A DNA stretch of 57,801 nt, the filler included, from Platydemus manokwari (taxonomy: Eukaryota): the NCBI GenBank assembly GCA_037951405.1. It is 3 parts of 3 records of this genome, joined end to end, with 100 filler letters (N's around TTAATTAATTAA, not from the genome) between each part and the next. Parts side by side here need not be neighbours in the genome. Positions count along the whole stretch, not along the records: positions 27,856 to 57,801 come from JBBMOY011433643.1; 2 more parts are not named here. One strand, written 5' to 3'. The notes under the pieces were generated by a model that made no database searches, was not told the DNA's origin, and saw only the letters and a program-made list of their open reading frames with translations. Both the position numbers and the translations under genes were made by a program. Each line of letters begins with the position of its first letter. The stretch's first letter is position 1. This document shows positions 57,037 to 57,801 of the stretch, piece after piece.

Positions 57037-57225
57037 TTTCTTGATCAAAATTTTCCGCAGTGTTGAATGGTCGTAGACGACCAAAGAAATGGTCATCAAG
57101 ATCTCCAGACCTCACGATATGGGACTTTTGGTGATCATAACAATTATACAACGCTCAACGAACTTGAAGAAGCAATTTCATATGAATTAATAAAAATCAA
57201 TGAAGAAGTCATTCTTAAATGTAAT
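57037..57225 (+). mobile_element. Decayed Tc1/mariner-superfamily transposase fragment (resembles DD41D/rosa type)
   Basis: FLDQNFPQC*/GRRRPKKWSSRSPDLTIWDFW*/TTLNELEEAISYE echoes LDxxFPxRWIGRRGPxxWPPRSPDLTPLDF and the following helix; frameshifted. Confidence 0.75.
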
Positions 57226-57727
57226 GAAATTGCTTTTTATTTACAGTTATTTGTTCTTACTGTTATTGTGTTTTGTTATGCATTAAAGTAACTCAATACA
57301 TTTAGTTTGTACTCACTGTTGTTTTGATTTTAGTTTTAGAAACGGAGGCTTATGATATAAATATTTAGATACAAATCTATAATATCTAATTTGTTTACAC
57401 TTAAGAGCATCAAATGGACATGTGATATGGAAAATTGACCAATGAACCATTGAATTTGTAAAATTGTTGGAATTAAAATATACCGTTATATTTACAATAA
57501 ATGGAACTATTTTCCTTTAGATTCAAATAAAAGAAAAATATAAAAAACTTCAAAAAAAATTATAATTTTTTTTAAAACTAAAAGTAATGGCAATTATTAT
57601 TTTGTCTAATAGTATAATGAGATTGAACATGCTGTTTTAAATTCATATGATTAATTAATCTCAATTATCTCTCTATGTATAAATAGTTACTCTCTGTTGA
57701 CATTGTTATTTTGGAATATATTTAAAA

Positions 57728-57801
<74 letters not shown>
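57728..57801. repeat. (TATC)n microsatellite running to window end
   Basis: About 18 perfect units. Confidence 0.97.

Overview
Very AT-rich, intron-containing eukaryotic DNA from an invertebrate animal (ryanodine receptor present, standard genetic code, many 40-50 nt introns); the species cannot be named from sequence alone. The window is not one locus: two artificial 100-nt spacers (N44-TTAATTAATTAA-N44 at 13403-13502 and 27756-27855) join three probably unrelated contigs, and there is a plain 145-N gap at 45212-45356. Segment 1 holds three tightly packed complete genes (PRP4 kinase +, OSTF1 -, a small single-LIM protein -) followed by decayed repeat DNA. Segment 2 is an internal fragment of a ryanodine receptor gene (-), cut at the 5' end of a Merlin/ISXO2-like transposase in an intron. 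Segment 3 starts in the 3' end of a Tc1-like transposon, then carries DENND3 (-), a decayed NeSL/Utopia-like RLE retrotransposon, a partial SLC17 transporter (+) and relics of hAT, LINE, Chapaev3 and Tc1/mariner elements. Exon models were built by hand and family calls are from motif recognition, not database searches. I found no convincing undescribed multi-gene system. The best leads are a candidate recursive-splice/poison-exon signal and a TEY activation loop in PRP4 kinase, uninterrupted transposase ends at contig breaks, an RLE retroelement with no visible small-RNA target, and a 3.35-kb exon in DENND3.
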